A stretch of 46,632 bases of DNA. Source: Clostridia bacterium. Its GTDB lineage: Bacteria > Bacillota > Peptococcia > DRI-13 > DTU073. The notes under the pieces were generated by a model. That model saw only the letters and a list, made by a program, of their open reading frames with translations. It had not been told where the DNA came from and searched no databases. Location of the stretch: the NCBI GenBank assembly GCA_012841935.1, contig DUTS01000103.1, positions 1-46,632 of the forward strand, written 5' to 3'. Positions within the stretch are counted from its first letter, which is position 1. Each line of letters starts with the position of its first letter. The translations under genes were made by a program, and so were the position numbers. Shown here one piece after another: positions 17,355 through 26,842 of the stretch.

Positions 17355-17451
17355 AAAAATCACCTCTTTTGAAATACCTGTTAATCTTAGTTTATTGCCC
17401 AATTTTAAAGATGTTGCTGGGAAATTTAATATTAAAGGAGTATTATATTAA

Positions 17452-19119
17452 ATGGTTATTGATTATCGACAGATGCTTTTTCTAGCTTTAGGTGGTTTGG
17501 CTTTTTTCCTTTTCGGTGTTAAATATATGTCTAATGCTCTGCAAAACGTGGCTGGGGATAGATTGCGTACCTTTTTGGAACAAGGTACTAAAACACCTCA
17601 GCGTGGTGTGCTTTTAGGGGCTTTGGTGACAGCGATTATTCAAAGCAGTTCGGCGACCACGGTTTTAACAGTAGGACTTGTCAACTCTGGACTTTTAACC
17701 CTGCATCAGGCCATTGGTGTAATTATGGGGGCTAATATCGGAACTACGGTGACTGCTTATTTGATTGGTTTTAAATTGGAACAATATGCTTTGCCAGTTT
17801 TAATTTTGGGTGTTTTTCTGTTGTTCTTTTTCAAGAATAGGAAAGTAATTAATTTGGGGCAGGTGCTTTTTGGGTTGGGTATGCTTTTTTACGGCATGCA
17901 GACTATGGGCCAGGGTTTTGCACCTTTACGTGATGCCGATTTTTTCCATAATTTGATGATTAGTGTAGAAAATAGGGCGATTTGGGGTGTTTTGGTAGGT
18001 ACTACTTTTACCGCGTTGGTGCAAAGTAGTAGTGCTACCATTGGTGTTTTGCAGGAATTAGCTTATCAAGGGGCATTAACCTATAATCAGGCAGTGCCCA
18101 TTTTGCTGGGTGATAATATTGGAACTACCATTACTGCACTTTTAGCTTCTATTGGTACTACCGTAGCGGCTCGTCGTACCGCAATTTCTCATTTTTTGTT
18201 TAATTTTTTGGGTACCCTAATTTTTTTACCTTTATTTTTATTAGGTATCTTCCCGGTAATGGTTCGTTTATTTACTAATTATATTTGTTTTTTATTACCC
18301 GGCTTTGGTGGTACATGGGAAATAATAAATGTAAAAATGCAGTTGGCACAAACACATGGAGTTTTTAATGTTTTAAATACATTAATACAGTTGCCCTTTG
18401 TGTCTGTTTTGGCAGCTATAGTGACACGTATAATTCCCGGTGAAGGGGTTTTGGCCAAATTTGAACCTGAATATTTAGAGCCGCGTTTATTGACAAATCC
18501 TTCTGTGGCCTTGGGACAAGTAGGGCGTGAGGTTGAGCGGATGGGTGATTTAGCTACAGAAGCATTGAAGCATACATCAGCTTATTTTTTTACCGGGGTG
18601 AAAGCCGAAGCAGAAAAAACTTTGCAGTTTGAAGAAATAATTAATAATTTACAAAGGAAAATCACTAATTATATTGTACGAATCTCTAAAGAAAAATTAT
18701 CTGATGAGGATAACCAACGTGCCTATATGTATCTACAGACCATTATTGATATTGAAAGAGTAGGAGATCATGCGGAAAACATTGTGGAGTTAACGGCTAC
18801 TCGGATTGAAAAAAACATTGTTTTTTCACAAAATGCCATTGATGATATTCAGGGTATGTTTAACAAGACTATTTCTTTATATGCTCAGGCGGTAGAATGT
18901 TTGGAAAATCGGGATCCGTGGTTGGCCCGGGAAATTATTAAAGGGGATGACTTGATTGACCAGATGGAAAAGGAGCTGCGTCGAGCACATATTGATCGAT
19001 TAAATGAAGGGGTTTGTAGTGGTGAGGCTGGTGCTATTTATTTAGATGTTTTAAGTAATTTGGAGCGGATTGGTGATCATGCGGTAAATATTGCTCAATA
19101 TGTTCTTGGAAGGCGGTAA
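17452..19119 (+). CDS. Na+/phosphate cotransporter family protein with C-terminal PhoU-like repeats
   Basis: Duplicated QSSSATT motifs (Na_Pi_cotrans repeats). The C-terminal repeat ERVGDHAENI / ERIGDHAVNI is typical of PhoU domains. Confidence 0.85.
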   Translation: MVIDYRQMLFLALGGLAFFLFGVKYMSNALQNVAGDRLRTFLEQGTKTPQRGVLLGALVTAIIQSSSATTVLTVGLVNSGLLTLHQAIGVIMGANIGTTVTAYLIGFKLEQYALPVLILGVFLLFFFKNRKVINLGQVLFGLGMLFYGMQTMGQGFAPLRDADFFHNLMISVENRAIWGVLVGTTFTALVQSSSATIGVLQELAYQGALTYNQAVPILLGDNIGTTITALLASIGTTVAARRTAISHFLFNFLGTLIFLPLFLLGIFPVMVRLFTNYICFLLPGFGGTWEIINVKMQLAQTHGVFNVLNTLIQLPFVSVLAAIVTRIIPGEGVLAKFEPEYLEPRLLTNPSVALGQVGREVERMGDLATEALKHTSAYFFTGVKAEAEKTLQFEEIINNLQRKITNYIVRISKEKLSDEDNQRAYMYLQTIIDIERVGDHAENIVELTATRIEKNIVFSQNAIDDIQGMFNKTISLYAQAVECLENRDPWLAREIIKGDDLIDQMEKELRRAHIDRLNEGVCSGEAGAIYLDVLSNLERIGDHAVNIAQYVLGRR

Positions 19120-19195
19120 AGTGGGGATTTGTGGTATTATTTGGTTGTAGTGCCTAAAAGTACTTTGTGGATATTGTATTCATTTGAAAAAAATG

Positions 19196-19224
19196 TTGAA
19201 AAGACATGATTGCGGCGTTATAAT
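19196..19224 (+). promoter_or_regulatory. sigma-A-type promoter of the mrp cluster
   Basis: TTGAAA (19196-19201), 17 nt, TATAAT (19219-19224). Confidence 0.5.
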
Positions 19225-19300
19225 AACATTGAAATAATATAAAAATTTTAATTTTGCTAAAAAAAGAAATAAAGCTTGTAATATAAGGTGGTTTGTTTTG

Positions 19301-19843
19301 ATGAATGTGAATACTAATCAAACTAGAATTAAGCAATACAAGCAATTATTTATTCCGCCGTTGGTTCTCTTTGTTTTTTGGTTGATTTTAACAGGTAGTT
19401 TTACTGCAAGTAGTTTAATAATGGGCTTTTTGGCGGCTGTGATTATTTCCTGGTTGTGTGCACCTCTTCTTAATTTTCCGGCAGTGCATACACCGGGGAA
19501 AAGTTATGCCGCTTTTGATTTGCCTTATTTTAAACTATTTTTTTATTTACTCTGGCTGCTTTGGGAAATTTTTAAGGCAGATGTACGAGTAGCTTTAATT
19601 GTTTTAAATCCCAAATTGCCGATTGATCCGTGTGTGGTTACTTTTAAAAAACGGGCAGATAACCCCATTGCACTTGCTTTATTAGCTAATTCAATAACCA
19701 TAACCCCGGGAACGGTTACTGTAGATATTAAAGATGATCTTTTTACGGTTCATGCTTTAACCAAAGATATGGCTTTATCTTTGGCACCAGAGGAAGGTGT
19801 GGGAGAAATGCCTCAACGTGTGGGGAATCTTTTTAAAGAATAA
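19301..19843 (+). CDS. mnhE: Mrp/Mnh antiporter subunit E
   Basis: Two N-terminal TM helices with WLILTGSF, and size typical of MnhE. First gene of the cluster. AAGGTGG SD. Confidence 0.8.
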   Translation: MNVNTNQTRIKQYKQLFIPPLVLFVFWLILTGSFTASSLIMGFLAAVIISWLCAPLLNFPAVHTPGKSYAAFDLPYFKLFFYLLWLLWEIFKADVRVALIVLNPKLPIDPCVVTFKKRADNPIALALLANSITITPGTVTVDIKDDLFTVHALTKDMALSLAPEEGVGEMPQRVGNLFKE

Positions 19844-19859
19844 AATGAGGTGAGAGTGA

Positions 19860-20138
19860 ATGAGCCCAGAACAGATCTTTCGAATTTTTTTGGGTATTGA
19901 ATTTCTTGTGGTTTTTCTAATGCTCTATCGAGTTTTAAAAGGACCTACAGTTTTTGATCGTTTAAATGGTTTGGCGGTTTTAGGTACTAATACTATTGTC
20001 ATTTTGTTATTATATGGTTTTTTGGAAAAACGCGTGAATATGTTTGTCGATATAGCCATTTCCTATGGTATTTTAGGGTTTGTAACTTTGGTTGTTCTGG
20101 CAAAATATTTTGAAGGAAAGGAAGATATTGAGTCATGA
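19860..20138 (+). CDS. mnhF: Mrp/Mnh antiporter subunit F
   Basis: YRVLKGPTVFDRLNGL matches the MrpF RxxxGPtxxDRxxAL signature. 3 TM, 92 aa. Confidence 0.8.
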   Translation: MSPEQIFRIFLGIEFLVVFLMLYRVLKGPTVFDRLNGLAVLGTNTIVILLLYGFLEKRVNMFVDIAISYGILGFVTLVVLAKYFEGKEDIES

Positions 20139-20434
20139 ATAAAATAGCCCTATTATTAATGTGTGGCGGTCTTTTTTTTCTAATTTCGGCTGCTGTGGGT
20201 GTCTTGCGTCTTCCCGATTTTTATACGCGTTTACATGCTACTGGTCAAGGTGATACTTTGGGTATAGCCCTATTTGTGTTAGGACTTGCGGTTTATCATG
20301 GTTTTAATTATGTTAGTTTAAAGTTATTGTTAATTGCGGTTGCTTTTTTTGTTGCCGGTCCGATTGGGGGACATGTTTTAACTAGGGCTGCTTATCATGC
20401 TGGTTTAAAACCCTGGACAAAAAAGGAGGAATAA
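20135..20434 (+). CDS. mnhG: Mrp/Mnh antiporter subunit G
   Basis: GVLRLPDFYTRLHATGQGDTLG is the MnhG signature. The start overlaps the mnhF stop (ATGA). Confidence 0.8.
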   Translation: MNKIALLLMCGGLFFLISAAVGVLRLPDFYTRLHATGQGDTLGIALFVLGLAVYHGFNYVSLKLLLIAVAFFVAGPIGGHVLTRAAYHAGLKPWTKKEE

Positions 20435-20437
20435 ATA

Positions 20438-20683
20438 ATGCCGGGAGCCTTTTTTCTTACTATTTTAGTCTTATTAATGATTATAACTGGGGTGGCAGCT
20501 CTTTTTGCACGCGATTTATTAGTTTCTATTATTTTATTTAGTGCTTTTAGTTATTTTGCAGCCTTGACTTATTTGACTACTGGTGCACCTGATGTAGCTT
20601 TTACAGAAGCAGTGGTGGGTGTTGTTTCTACAACCTTTTTTATTGTAGCTCTTAAACAATTAAGAAGGGGGAGTTCGCGATGA
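20438..20683 (+). CDS. MbhD/DUF4040-like membrane subunit (free-standing MrpA C-terminal-like piece)
   Basis: 81 aa, 3 TM, GAPDVAFTEAVVG motif as in MbhD / the MrpA C-terminal region. Confidence 0.65.
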   Translation: MPGAFFLTILVLLMIITGVAALFARDLLVSIILFSAFSYFAALTYLTTGAPDVAFTEAVVGVVSTTFFIVALKQLRRGSSR

Positions 20684-21432
20684 AATTTATGCGTGTATTC
20701 GCCTTTGTGATTGTTTTATCTATGCTGGGTTTTTTGTTTTTGAATGTCAGTGGTTTACCCACACTTTATGATCCACAGGCCCCGGCTTCTCTACATGTTT
20801 CTGATCGTTATATTGAAAAAGCTTTAGAGGAAACCGGCACTTTAAATTATGTGGCAGCTGTGTTGGCTGATTATCGGGGTTTTGATACTTTAGGGGAAAC
20901 AACGGTAATTTTTACGGCCGGGTTGGCGGCAGTGACACTTTTGCGTTCGGCTCAAAAAAGGCAAAAAGGTTTTTTGCCTTTGACAGAAACGAGTATGGAT
21001 GAGCAATTTGGTACCGTGGCTTTAGATCTTGGGGCACGTTATTTGCTATTTTTGATCGCTCTTTTTGGATTTTATGTTTTTATTGGAGGTGCGGAAGGTA
21101 ATCCGGGAGGCGGCTTCCAGGGAGGTGCGGTTTTAGCTATTTCCGTTGTAATCAGTCGTATTATTTATGGTGAAAAAGCGTCTTTTAATATTATGGGGGA
21201 TTTAGCTTTAATTTTAGCTGGAATGGGAACCTTCATTTATGCCTTAATTGGGATTTTAACCTTATTATGGGGAGGCAATTTTTTAGAATATGGGGTATTT
21301 CCTTTAATGATACCTGCTGCCGAAAAGCATGCTTGGGGTATAGACGGTATTGGAGTAGGTGTAACTTTGTGTGTGATGGCAACGATTATTGCTATCTTGG
21401 ATGCTTTGGCTAGAAGGGAAGGGATCGAATGA
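20680..21432 (+). CDS. mnhB: MnhB-domain subunit (long form, MbhE-like)
   Basis: NYVAAVLADYRGFDTLGETTVIF MnhB signature and a later GGGFQGG motif. Overlapping start. Confidence 0.8.
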   Translation: MKFMRVFAFVIVLSMLGFLFLNVSGLPTLYDPQAPASLHVSDRYIEKALEETGTLNYVAAVLADYRGFDTLGETTVIFTAGLAAVTLLRSAQKRQKGFLPLTETSMDEQFGTVALDLGARYLLFLIALFGFYVFIGGAEGNPGGGFQGGAVLAISVVISRIIYGEKASFNIMGDLALILAGMGTFIYALIGILTLLWGGNFLEYGVFPLMIPAAEKHAWGIDGIGVGVTLCVMATIIAILDALARREGIE

Positions 21433-21794
21433 GCAGCTTTCTGACGGAATATTTAATTTATTGGTTAATCTTATTTTTGTTTATGTTAGGACCATATGGC
21501 TTAATCTTTAAGAAAAATTTGGTGAAAAAATTAATGGCCATGAATATTATGCAGGTGGCCGTGATTTTGTTTTTTTTAGTTTTGGGCCTAAAGGTTGGTG
21601 GTACGGTGCCTATTGAACTACCTGGTTTGACAGGTGCCGCTCATTATATTAACCCTTTACCTCATACCTTGATGTTAACTGCGATTGTGGTTAGTTTGGC
21701 TACTTTGGGTGTTTCTTTGGGTTTGTTATTAATCATTCAGCGGAATTATGGTACTTTAGAAGAAGATGAGGTGCTGCGGAGGATGAAGCGATGA
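21429..21794 (+). CDS. mnhC: MnhC / NuoK-like subunit
   Basis: 121 aa, 3 TM, NuoK-like pattern (NIMQVAVILFF, TAIVVSLA). Overlapping start. Confidence 0.8.
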   Translation: MSSFLTEYLIYWLILFLFMLGPYGLIFKKNLVKKLMAMNIMQVAVILFFLVLGLKVGGTVPIELPGLTGAAHYINPLPHTLMLTAIVVSLATLGVSLGLLLIIQRNYGTLEEDEVLRRMKR

Positions 21795-23266
21795 GAGAGC
21801 AATTACCAGCTTTAATAGTAATTACACCTCTAGTGGTGGCTTTATTATCACCATTATTAGCCTATTTTTCGCGCAAATTGCTGCGGGGTTTTTCTTTGCT
21901 TGCTTTGGCGGTTTCTTTCTTTAGTGCTGTAGGAGTATTAAAGCAAGTTTTGGAAACAGGTCCTTGGCACTATGCCTTTGGTAATTGGGCCCCACCTTGG
22001 GGAATTGAATACGTAATTGATCCTCTTTCTGGTTTTTTGGCGACTTTGATTGCCACACTAAGTTTTTGGGTACTGGTCTATGCTGCGGAATTTTTTAAAG
22101 CCGAAAAATGGTATAAAGAGGGAGGCGGTTATGGCCTTCATTTATTGGCTACTGCTGGACTTTTAGGGATGTCGGTATCTGGAGACGTTTTTAATTTATA
22201 TGTCTTTTTTGAAATATCTTCTTTAGCTACTTATGGTTTGATTGCTTTAGGGGGACGGCAGGCCGTAGTGGCGGCTTTTAAATATTTGGTATTAGGTACC
22301 ATGGGTATCTCCTTTTATTTACTAGGAGTAGGCTATTTATATGCTCTTACTGGTACTTTAAATATGCAGGATTTAGCGGTAAGAATCCAACCTGTTTTAA
22401 ACTCATCTGGAGTAATGATTGCCCTAGCGTTAATGACTATTGGTTTACTTTTGAAAATGGCCCAATTCCCTTTACATGGCTGGCTGCCTGATGCACATAC
22501 TTTTGCACCTGCACCTTTATCGGCTTTAATGTCGGGTATTGTGATTAAGGCTCCTGCTTATGTCTTATTTAGAATTTATTTTGGAATTATCGGTAGTGGT
22601 GCACAGGCAGTATCCAAACTATTAATGATTTTGGGAATTATAGCGGCTTTAGGTATGATTGCCGGTTCTTTGATGGCTATTGCCCAGTCAGAATTAAAAC
22701 GCATGTTAGCTTATTCTAGTGTGGCTCAAATAGGTTATGTGGTTTTGGGGATTTCTTTAGGTAATAGTTATGGTTTTATTGGGGCCTTATTGCATATGGT
22801 TAATCATGCCTTTATGAAGGGTTGTCTCTTTTTTGTGGCTGGTGCCTTTATTTATAAAACTGGGGAATATTCACTAGATAAATTGAAAGGCATGTATAAA
22901 CAAATGCCTTTAGCAATGGGTTCTTTTAGTTTGGCTGCTTTTTCGATGATTGGTATCCCGCCTTTAGCTGGTTTTTTTAGTAAGTGGTATTTGGCTTTAG
23001 GTGCTATTAAGGCTAATTTGTGGCCATATGTGCTGGTGATTATCATCAGCAGTTTATTAAACCTGATTTACTTTTTCCGGGTTATAGAAAATGTTTATAT
23101 GTCAGGTGAAGGGGCTGTGGTGAAAAGAAGTAAGGGGTTGGAATTACCTTTAAGTATGCTTATTCCTATAGTGGTGTTGGGTGTTGGTGTTTTGGTTTTA
23201 GGTTTAACCAATGAACAAATTGTTACACGGGTTCTACAAAATGCCCTTTTAGGGGGTGGATTTTAA
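21791..23266 (+). CDS. mnhD: antiporter-like subunit 1 (MnhD/NuoM-N family)
   Basis: 491 aa, polytopic. Proton_antipo_M hallmarks: FPLHGWLPDAH, MLAYSSVAQIGY, HAFMKGCLF. Confidence 0.85.
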   Translation: MREQLPALIVITPLVVALLSPLLAYFSRKLLRGFSLLALAVSFFSAVGVLKQVLETGPWHYAFGNWAPPWGIEYVIDPLSGFLATLIATLSFWVLVYAAEFFKAEKWYKEGGGYGLHLLATAGLLGMSVSGDVFNLYVFFEISSLATYGLIALGGRQAVVAAFKYLVLGTMGISFYLLGVGYLYALTGTLNMQDLAVRIQPVLNSSGVMIALALMTIGLLLKMAQFPLHGWLPDAHTFAPAPLSALMSGIVIKAPAYVLFRIYFGIIGSGAQAVSKLLMILGIIAALGMIAGSLMAIAQSELKRMLAYSSVAQIGYVVLGISLGNSYGFIGALLHMVNHAFMKGCLFFVAGAFIYKTGEYSLDKLKGMYKQMPLAMGSFSLAAFSMIGIPPLAGFFSKWYLALGAIKANLWPYVLVIIISSLLNLIYFFRVIENVYMSGEGAVVKRSKGLELPLSMLIPIVVLGVGVLVLGLTNEQIVTRVLQNALLGGGF

Positions 23267-24783
23267 TGGCGGCGGAAATACTTTTTGATTATCGACCTTT
23301 AGCAGCGGTTTTAGTTTCTTTGGTTGCGGCCTTGCTGATTCTGCTCACTAGTAAAAGGCCTAATTTGCGTGAGTTTTGGACTTTTTCCGCGGCTTTTGGT
23401 AAAGCGTTAATTGTCTTTTCGATGCTGCCAGCGGTTTTAGCTGGTCAGATTTTGGAAATAGCTCCTTTTAAAATAGCTCAAGGGGTGAGCTTACATTTGC
23501 GTGCTGATCCCGCGGCAATGGTATTTGCGGTTTTAGCGGCATTTTTATGGATTGCTACTTCCTTTTATTCGGTCGGTTATCTGCGGAAATTAAAGGAGGA
23601 ACATCAAACCGGCTATTTTGCTAGTTTTGCGGTCTGTTTATCAGCTACCATGGGGATTGCTTTTGCAGCTAATTTATTAACCTTTTTCATTTTTTATGAA
23701 ATATTGACCATTGCTACTTATCCTTTGGTAGCTCATCATCGTGATCAGGAGGCCATCAAGGCTGGCCGAAAATATTTAGTTTATACCATGTTAGCTGGTC
23801 AAGTATTTTTAATTGGTATTCTCTGGGCTTATTTTCTGGCAGGTCATGGTGATTTTCAACCAGGTGGTTTTTTAGCCGGAAAAACAAGTAGTGTTAATTT
23901 ACAAATCATTTTTTGGCTGATGATTTTGGGTACTGCTGTTAAAGCAGGGGTAATGCCTTTTCACGGCTGGCTGCCTTCGGCGATGGTGGCTCCTACACCT
24001 GTAAGTGCTCTTTTACATGCTGTGGCGGTGGTTAAAGCCGGAGTGTTTGGTATCGTACGGATTGTGGGTTATGTTTTTGGTCCTTTAATTTTAAGTTCTT
24101 TAGGAGCAGCACAAATATTGACGTGGTTAGCGGCATTAACCATTATTGTTTCTTCCCTAATTGCTTTAGCTCAAGATAATTTAAAAAGAAGATTGGCTTT
24201 TTCCACTATTGGTCAGTTATCCTATGTTGTTTTAGGGGCTGCAGTATTAACTCCTTTAGGTTTGTTAGGCGGACTTTATCATATTGCAGCTCATGCTGTG
24301 ATGAAAATTACTTTATTCTTTTGTGCTGGGGCTATTTTTGCCACCACTGGTTTAACTAATGTTAGTCAGTTAAATGGTTTAGGCAGGGCAATGCCTTATA
24401 CCATGGGGGCCTTTGCCATTGGTTCCATAGGTATAACCGGAATGCCTTTCTGGGTAGGCTTTATTAGCAAATGGAATTTGGCTTTGGGTGCTCTGCAGCA
24501 GGGGCAAATGCTTTATGTGTTTGTGCTTTTAATTAGTGGTTTATTGAGTACAGCCTATTTTCTACCGATAGTTTATGCCGCTTTTTTTAAAAAGCCTACT
24601 CTTGAAATAGCTAGACAGCACCGGGGAGAGGCGGAAAAAATGATGTTATTGCCTTTGCTTTTTACAGCAGTGATTTCGTTAGTTTGGGGTATTTTCCCCA
24701 ATGCCGGTTGCGGTCTTTATGATTTGGCGGTGATGTCGGCACAAAGTATTTTTGCTGGTCAATTTCTAGGAGGCGGGTGGTAA
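23266..24783 (+). CDS. mnhD: antiporter-like subunit 2 (MnhD/NuoM-N family)
   Basis: 505 aa. MPFHGWLPSAM, RLAFSTIGQLSY, HAVMKITLF. TAATG overlap with the previous gene. Confidence 0.85.
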   Translation: MAAEILFDYRPLAAVLVSLVAALLILLTSKRPNLREFWTFSAAFGKALIVFSMLPAVLAGQILEIAPFKIAQGVSLHLRADPAAMVFAVLAAFLWIATSFYSVGYLRKLKEEHQTGYFASFAVCLSATMGIAFAANLLTFFIFYEILTIATYPLVAHHRDQEAIKAGRKYLVYTMLAGQVFLIGILWAYFLAGHGDFQPGGFLAGKTSSVNLQIIFWLMILGTAVKAGVMPFHGWLPSAMVAPTPVSALLHAVAVVKAGVFGIVRIVGYVFGPLILSSLGAAQILTWLAALTIIVSSLIALAQDNLKRRLAFSTIGQLSYVVLGAAVLTPLGLLGGLYHIAAHAVMKITLFFCAGAIFATTGLTNVSQLNGLGRAMPYTMGAFAIGSIGITGMPFWVGFISKWNLALGALQQGQMLYVFVLLISGLLSTAYFLPIVYAAFFKKPTLEIARQHRGEAEKMMLLPLLFTAVISLVWGIFPNAGCGLYDLAVMSAQSIFAGQFLGGGW

Positions 24784-24784
24784 A

Positions 24785-25027
24785 GTGTCTATCAAAAAAA
24801 CCGTAATCAAAGGCATTTTTGTTTTTCTTTTATTACTCGTTCTGGAAATTTCCTTTGTTGAACACCATGTTATTTATTGGTGGCATGCTCTTGTTGGTTT
24901 CGATTTTCTTTTCGGTTTATTAGGTGCAGTGCTGTTGATTTTTTTGGCTAAAGGTTTTTTGAATAAATTAGTGATGCGCAATGAAGACTATTATCAGCCC
25001 AAAGGGGGTGAGGATGGCCATGTTTGA
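24785..25027 (+). CDS. small 2-TM membrane protein embedded in the mrp cluster (possibly MbhI-like)
   Basis: GTG start after GGCGGGTGG. 80 aa with two hydrophobic helices and a charged tail. Tightly packed between large subunits. Confidence 0.45.
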   Translation: MSIKKTVIKGIFVFLLLLVLEISFVEHHVIYWWHALVGFDFLFGLLGAVLLIFLAKGFLNKLVMRNEDYYQPKGGEDGHV

Positions 25028-26738
25028 GTTTCATCCTGGTTTTATTCTAATTCTGGGTGGTTTGTCTTTGCTGCTTTTGCCGCGTCGTTTACAAAAATTT
25101 CTAATGCTTTTCTTCCCTTTATTGGCTATTGGGGCTACCTTTGGTTTAGCAGCAGGCCAGATTTGGTCTATTCCCTTCATTAATCAATTGGAATTAATAG
25201 TTTTAAAAGTGGATCGTTTAGCGTTGTTATTCTCTTTTGTTTTTACGGTATTGACTTTTTTGGCTAGTATTTTCGCTCTACACGTAAAAAGACCTGGAGA
25301 AATGGCTGCTGCTTTTTTATATGCTGGTAGCTCATTGGGAGTAGTTTTTGCCGGGGATTGGCTAACCTTAATTTTCTTTTGGGAGATGATGGCTCTAGCT
25401 TCCGTTTTTCTTATTTGGTACCGCCGCCGTCCTGAATCCTGGCGTGCTGGTTTTCGTTATTTATTGGTTCACTTATTAGGTGGCAGTCTCCTTTTGGCAG
25501 GTATTTTTCTACAAGTGGGCAAGGGGCAATTTACGGTAAGTACCTTGACTGGGATAGGTGGTTGGGGTCCCTGGTTAATTTTAGCCGGGATAGCCATTAA
25601 TGCTGCTATTCCACCTCTACATGTTTGGTTGACAGATGCTTATCCCGAAGCTACATTGACTGGTAGTGTTTTCCTCTGTGCTTTGACTACTAAAACGGCG
25701 GTATATGCTTTGGTGCGCATTTTTCCAGGTGAATCTTTATTGATCTGGTTAGGTGTAATTATGGCAATTTATGGTGTCCTTTATGCTATTTTGGAAAATA
25801 ATATTAGGAGACTCTTAGCTTATCATATAGTAAGTCAGATCGGTTTTATGGTTGCTGGTATTGGTATCGGTACTGAATTCGCTTTAAATGGAGCCACTGC
25901 TCATGCCTATTCACATATTCTTTATAAAGCACTATTGTTTATGGGGGCAGCGGCAGTTATTTATGCTACTGGTAATGAAAAATTAACTTCTTTAGGGGGC
26001 CTTTATCGTAAAATGCCTTTAACAGCTTTCTTTTTTAGCATTGGTGCCTTTTCTATTTCTGGTGTCCCCTTATTTAATGGTTTTATTAGTAAATCCATTA
26101 TTGTTAGTGCTGCTTCGATGGAGGGGCTGCCGTGTGTGGAACTTCTTTTGAATTTGGCAAGTGTGGGGACTTTTCTTTCTATTGCTTTAAAACTTAATTA
26201 TTTTATGTTTTTTGGTCCGGCTCGTACAGTAAGGGTTAATAAAATTCCGGGAAATATGATGTTAGGGATGGCGGGCTTAGCCGCTTTATGCTTCCTTTAT
26301 GGAGTTTTCCCGCAATTATTGTATAGAAGGCTGCCTTTCCCTTTAGATTATGCACCTTATTCACTTAGTCATCTTGTTTCTACATTACAACTACTTTTAG
26401 CGGTATTTTTAGTTTTTTGGGTAATGCGTCCGCGTTTGCTGCCCAGCAAAGCAATAGCCTTAGACTTTGACTGGTTTTATCGCCGACCTTTTAAAGTTTT
26501 AATTTGGGGTTTGGTAAAGGCTATTGTTGGATTCCAAAATAGTTTTGGTGTTCAAGGTACGAAAGTTCTTACCAAAATAATTCCCTTTTTCTATAATCCG
26601 GTACGTTGGCTGCCTCGTACTACAGATAGTCCACCTCTGGCAGTTTATGATAGTGCACAATATCGTTTGCCGATAGGTGCAACCGCTTTTTTAGGTGTAT
26701 TTATCTTTGTAGTAGTTTTTTCCATTATTGGTTTGTAG
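25020..26738 (+). CDS. antiporter-like subunit 3 (MnhD/MrpA/NuoL-like, with C-terminal extension)
   Basis: PPLHVWLTDAYPEA, LLAYHIVSQIGFM, HILYKALLF, plus about 100 extra C-terminal residues. ATG 25014 or 25020 follows AAGGGGGTGAGG. Confidence 0.8.
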   Translation: MFEFHPGFILILGGLSLLLLPRRLQKFLMLFFPLLAIGATFGLAAGQIWSIPFINQLELIVLKVDRLALLFSFVFTVLTFLASIFALHVKRPGEMAAAFLYAGSSLGVVFAGDWLTLIFFWEMMALASVFLIWYRRRPESWRAGFRYLLVHLLGGSLLLAGIFLQVGKGQFTVSTLTGIGGWGPWLILAGIAINAAIPPLHVWLTDAYPEATLTGSVFLCALTTKTAVYALVRIFPGESLLIWLGVIMAIYGVLYAILENNIRRLLAYHIVSQIGFMVAGIGIGTEFALNGATAHAYSHILYKALLFMGAAAVIYATGNEKLTSLGGLYRKMPLTAFFFSIGAFSISGVPLFNGFISKSIIVSAASMEGLPCVELLLNLASVGTFLSIALKLNYFMFFGPARTVRVNKIPGNMMLGMAGLAALCFLYGVFPQLLYRRLPFPLDYAPYSLSHLVSTLQLLLAVFLVFWVMRPRLLPSKAIALDFDWFYRRPFKVLIWGLVKAIVGFQNSFGVQGTKVLTKIIPFFYNPVRWLPRTTDSPPLAVYDSAQYRLPIGATAFLGVFIFVVVFSIIGL

Positions 26739-26758
26739 GTTTTGGTAGGAAGCAGATA

Positions 26759-26800
26759 AAAAGGCCACTTTAAATTGTAATTAAGAAGTGGCCTTTTATT
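26759..26800 (+). terminator. intrinsic terminator of the mrp cluster
   Basis: AAAAGGCCACTT-14 nt-AAGTGGCCTTTT followed by ATT. Confidence 0.7.
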
Positions 26801-26814
26801 ATCCCAGATTTGCT

Positions 26815-26842
26815 TTGCAAAGTAGGGTTTCTGGTATATAAT
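26815..26842 (+). promoter_or_regulatory. possible mgtE promoter
   Basis: TTGCAA (26815-26820), 16 nt, TATAAT (26837-26842). This would leave a leader of about 145 nt. Confidence 0.3.

Noticed and set aside
19163-19171. DnaA-box-like word TGTGGATAT (8/9 to TGTGGATAA)
   Set aside because: It is a single isolated imperfect copy. No cluster or AT-rich unwinding element suggests an origin or a DnaA-regulated promoter.
19154-19345. 63-aa minus-strand ORF in the gap between the Na/Pi transporter and mnhE
   Set aside because: It has no SD and an Ile/Phe/Ser-rich, low-complexity composition. It overlaps the predicted mrp promoter and the mnhE start.
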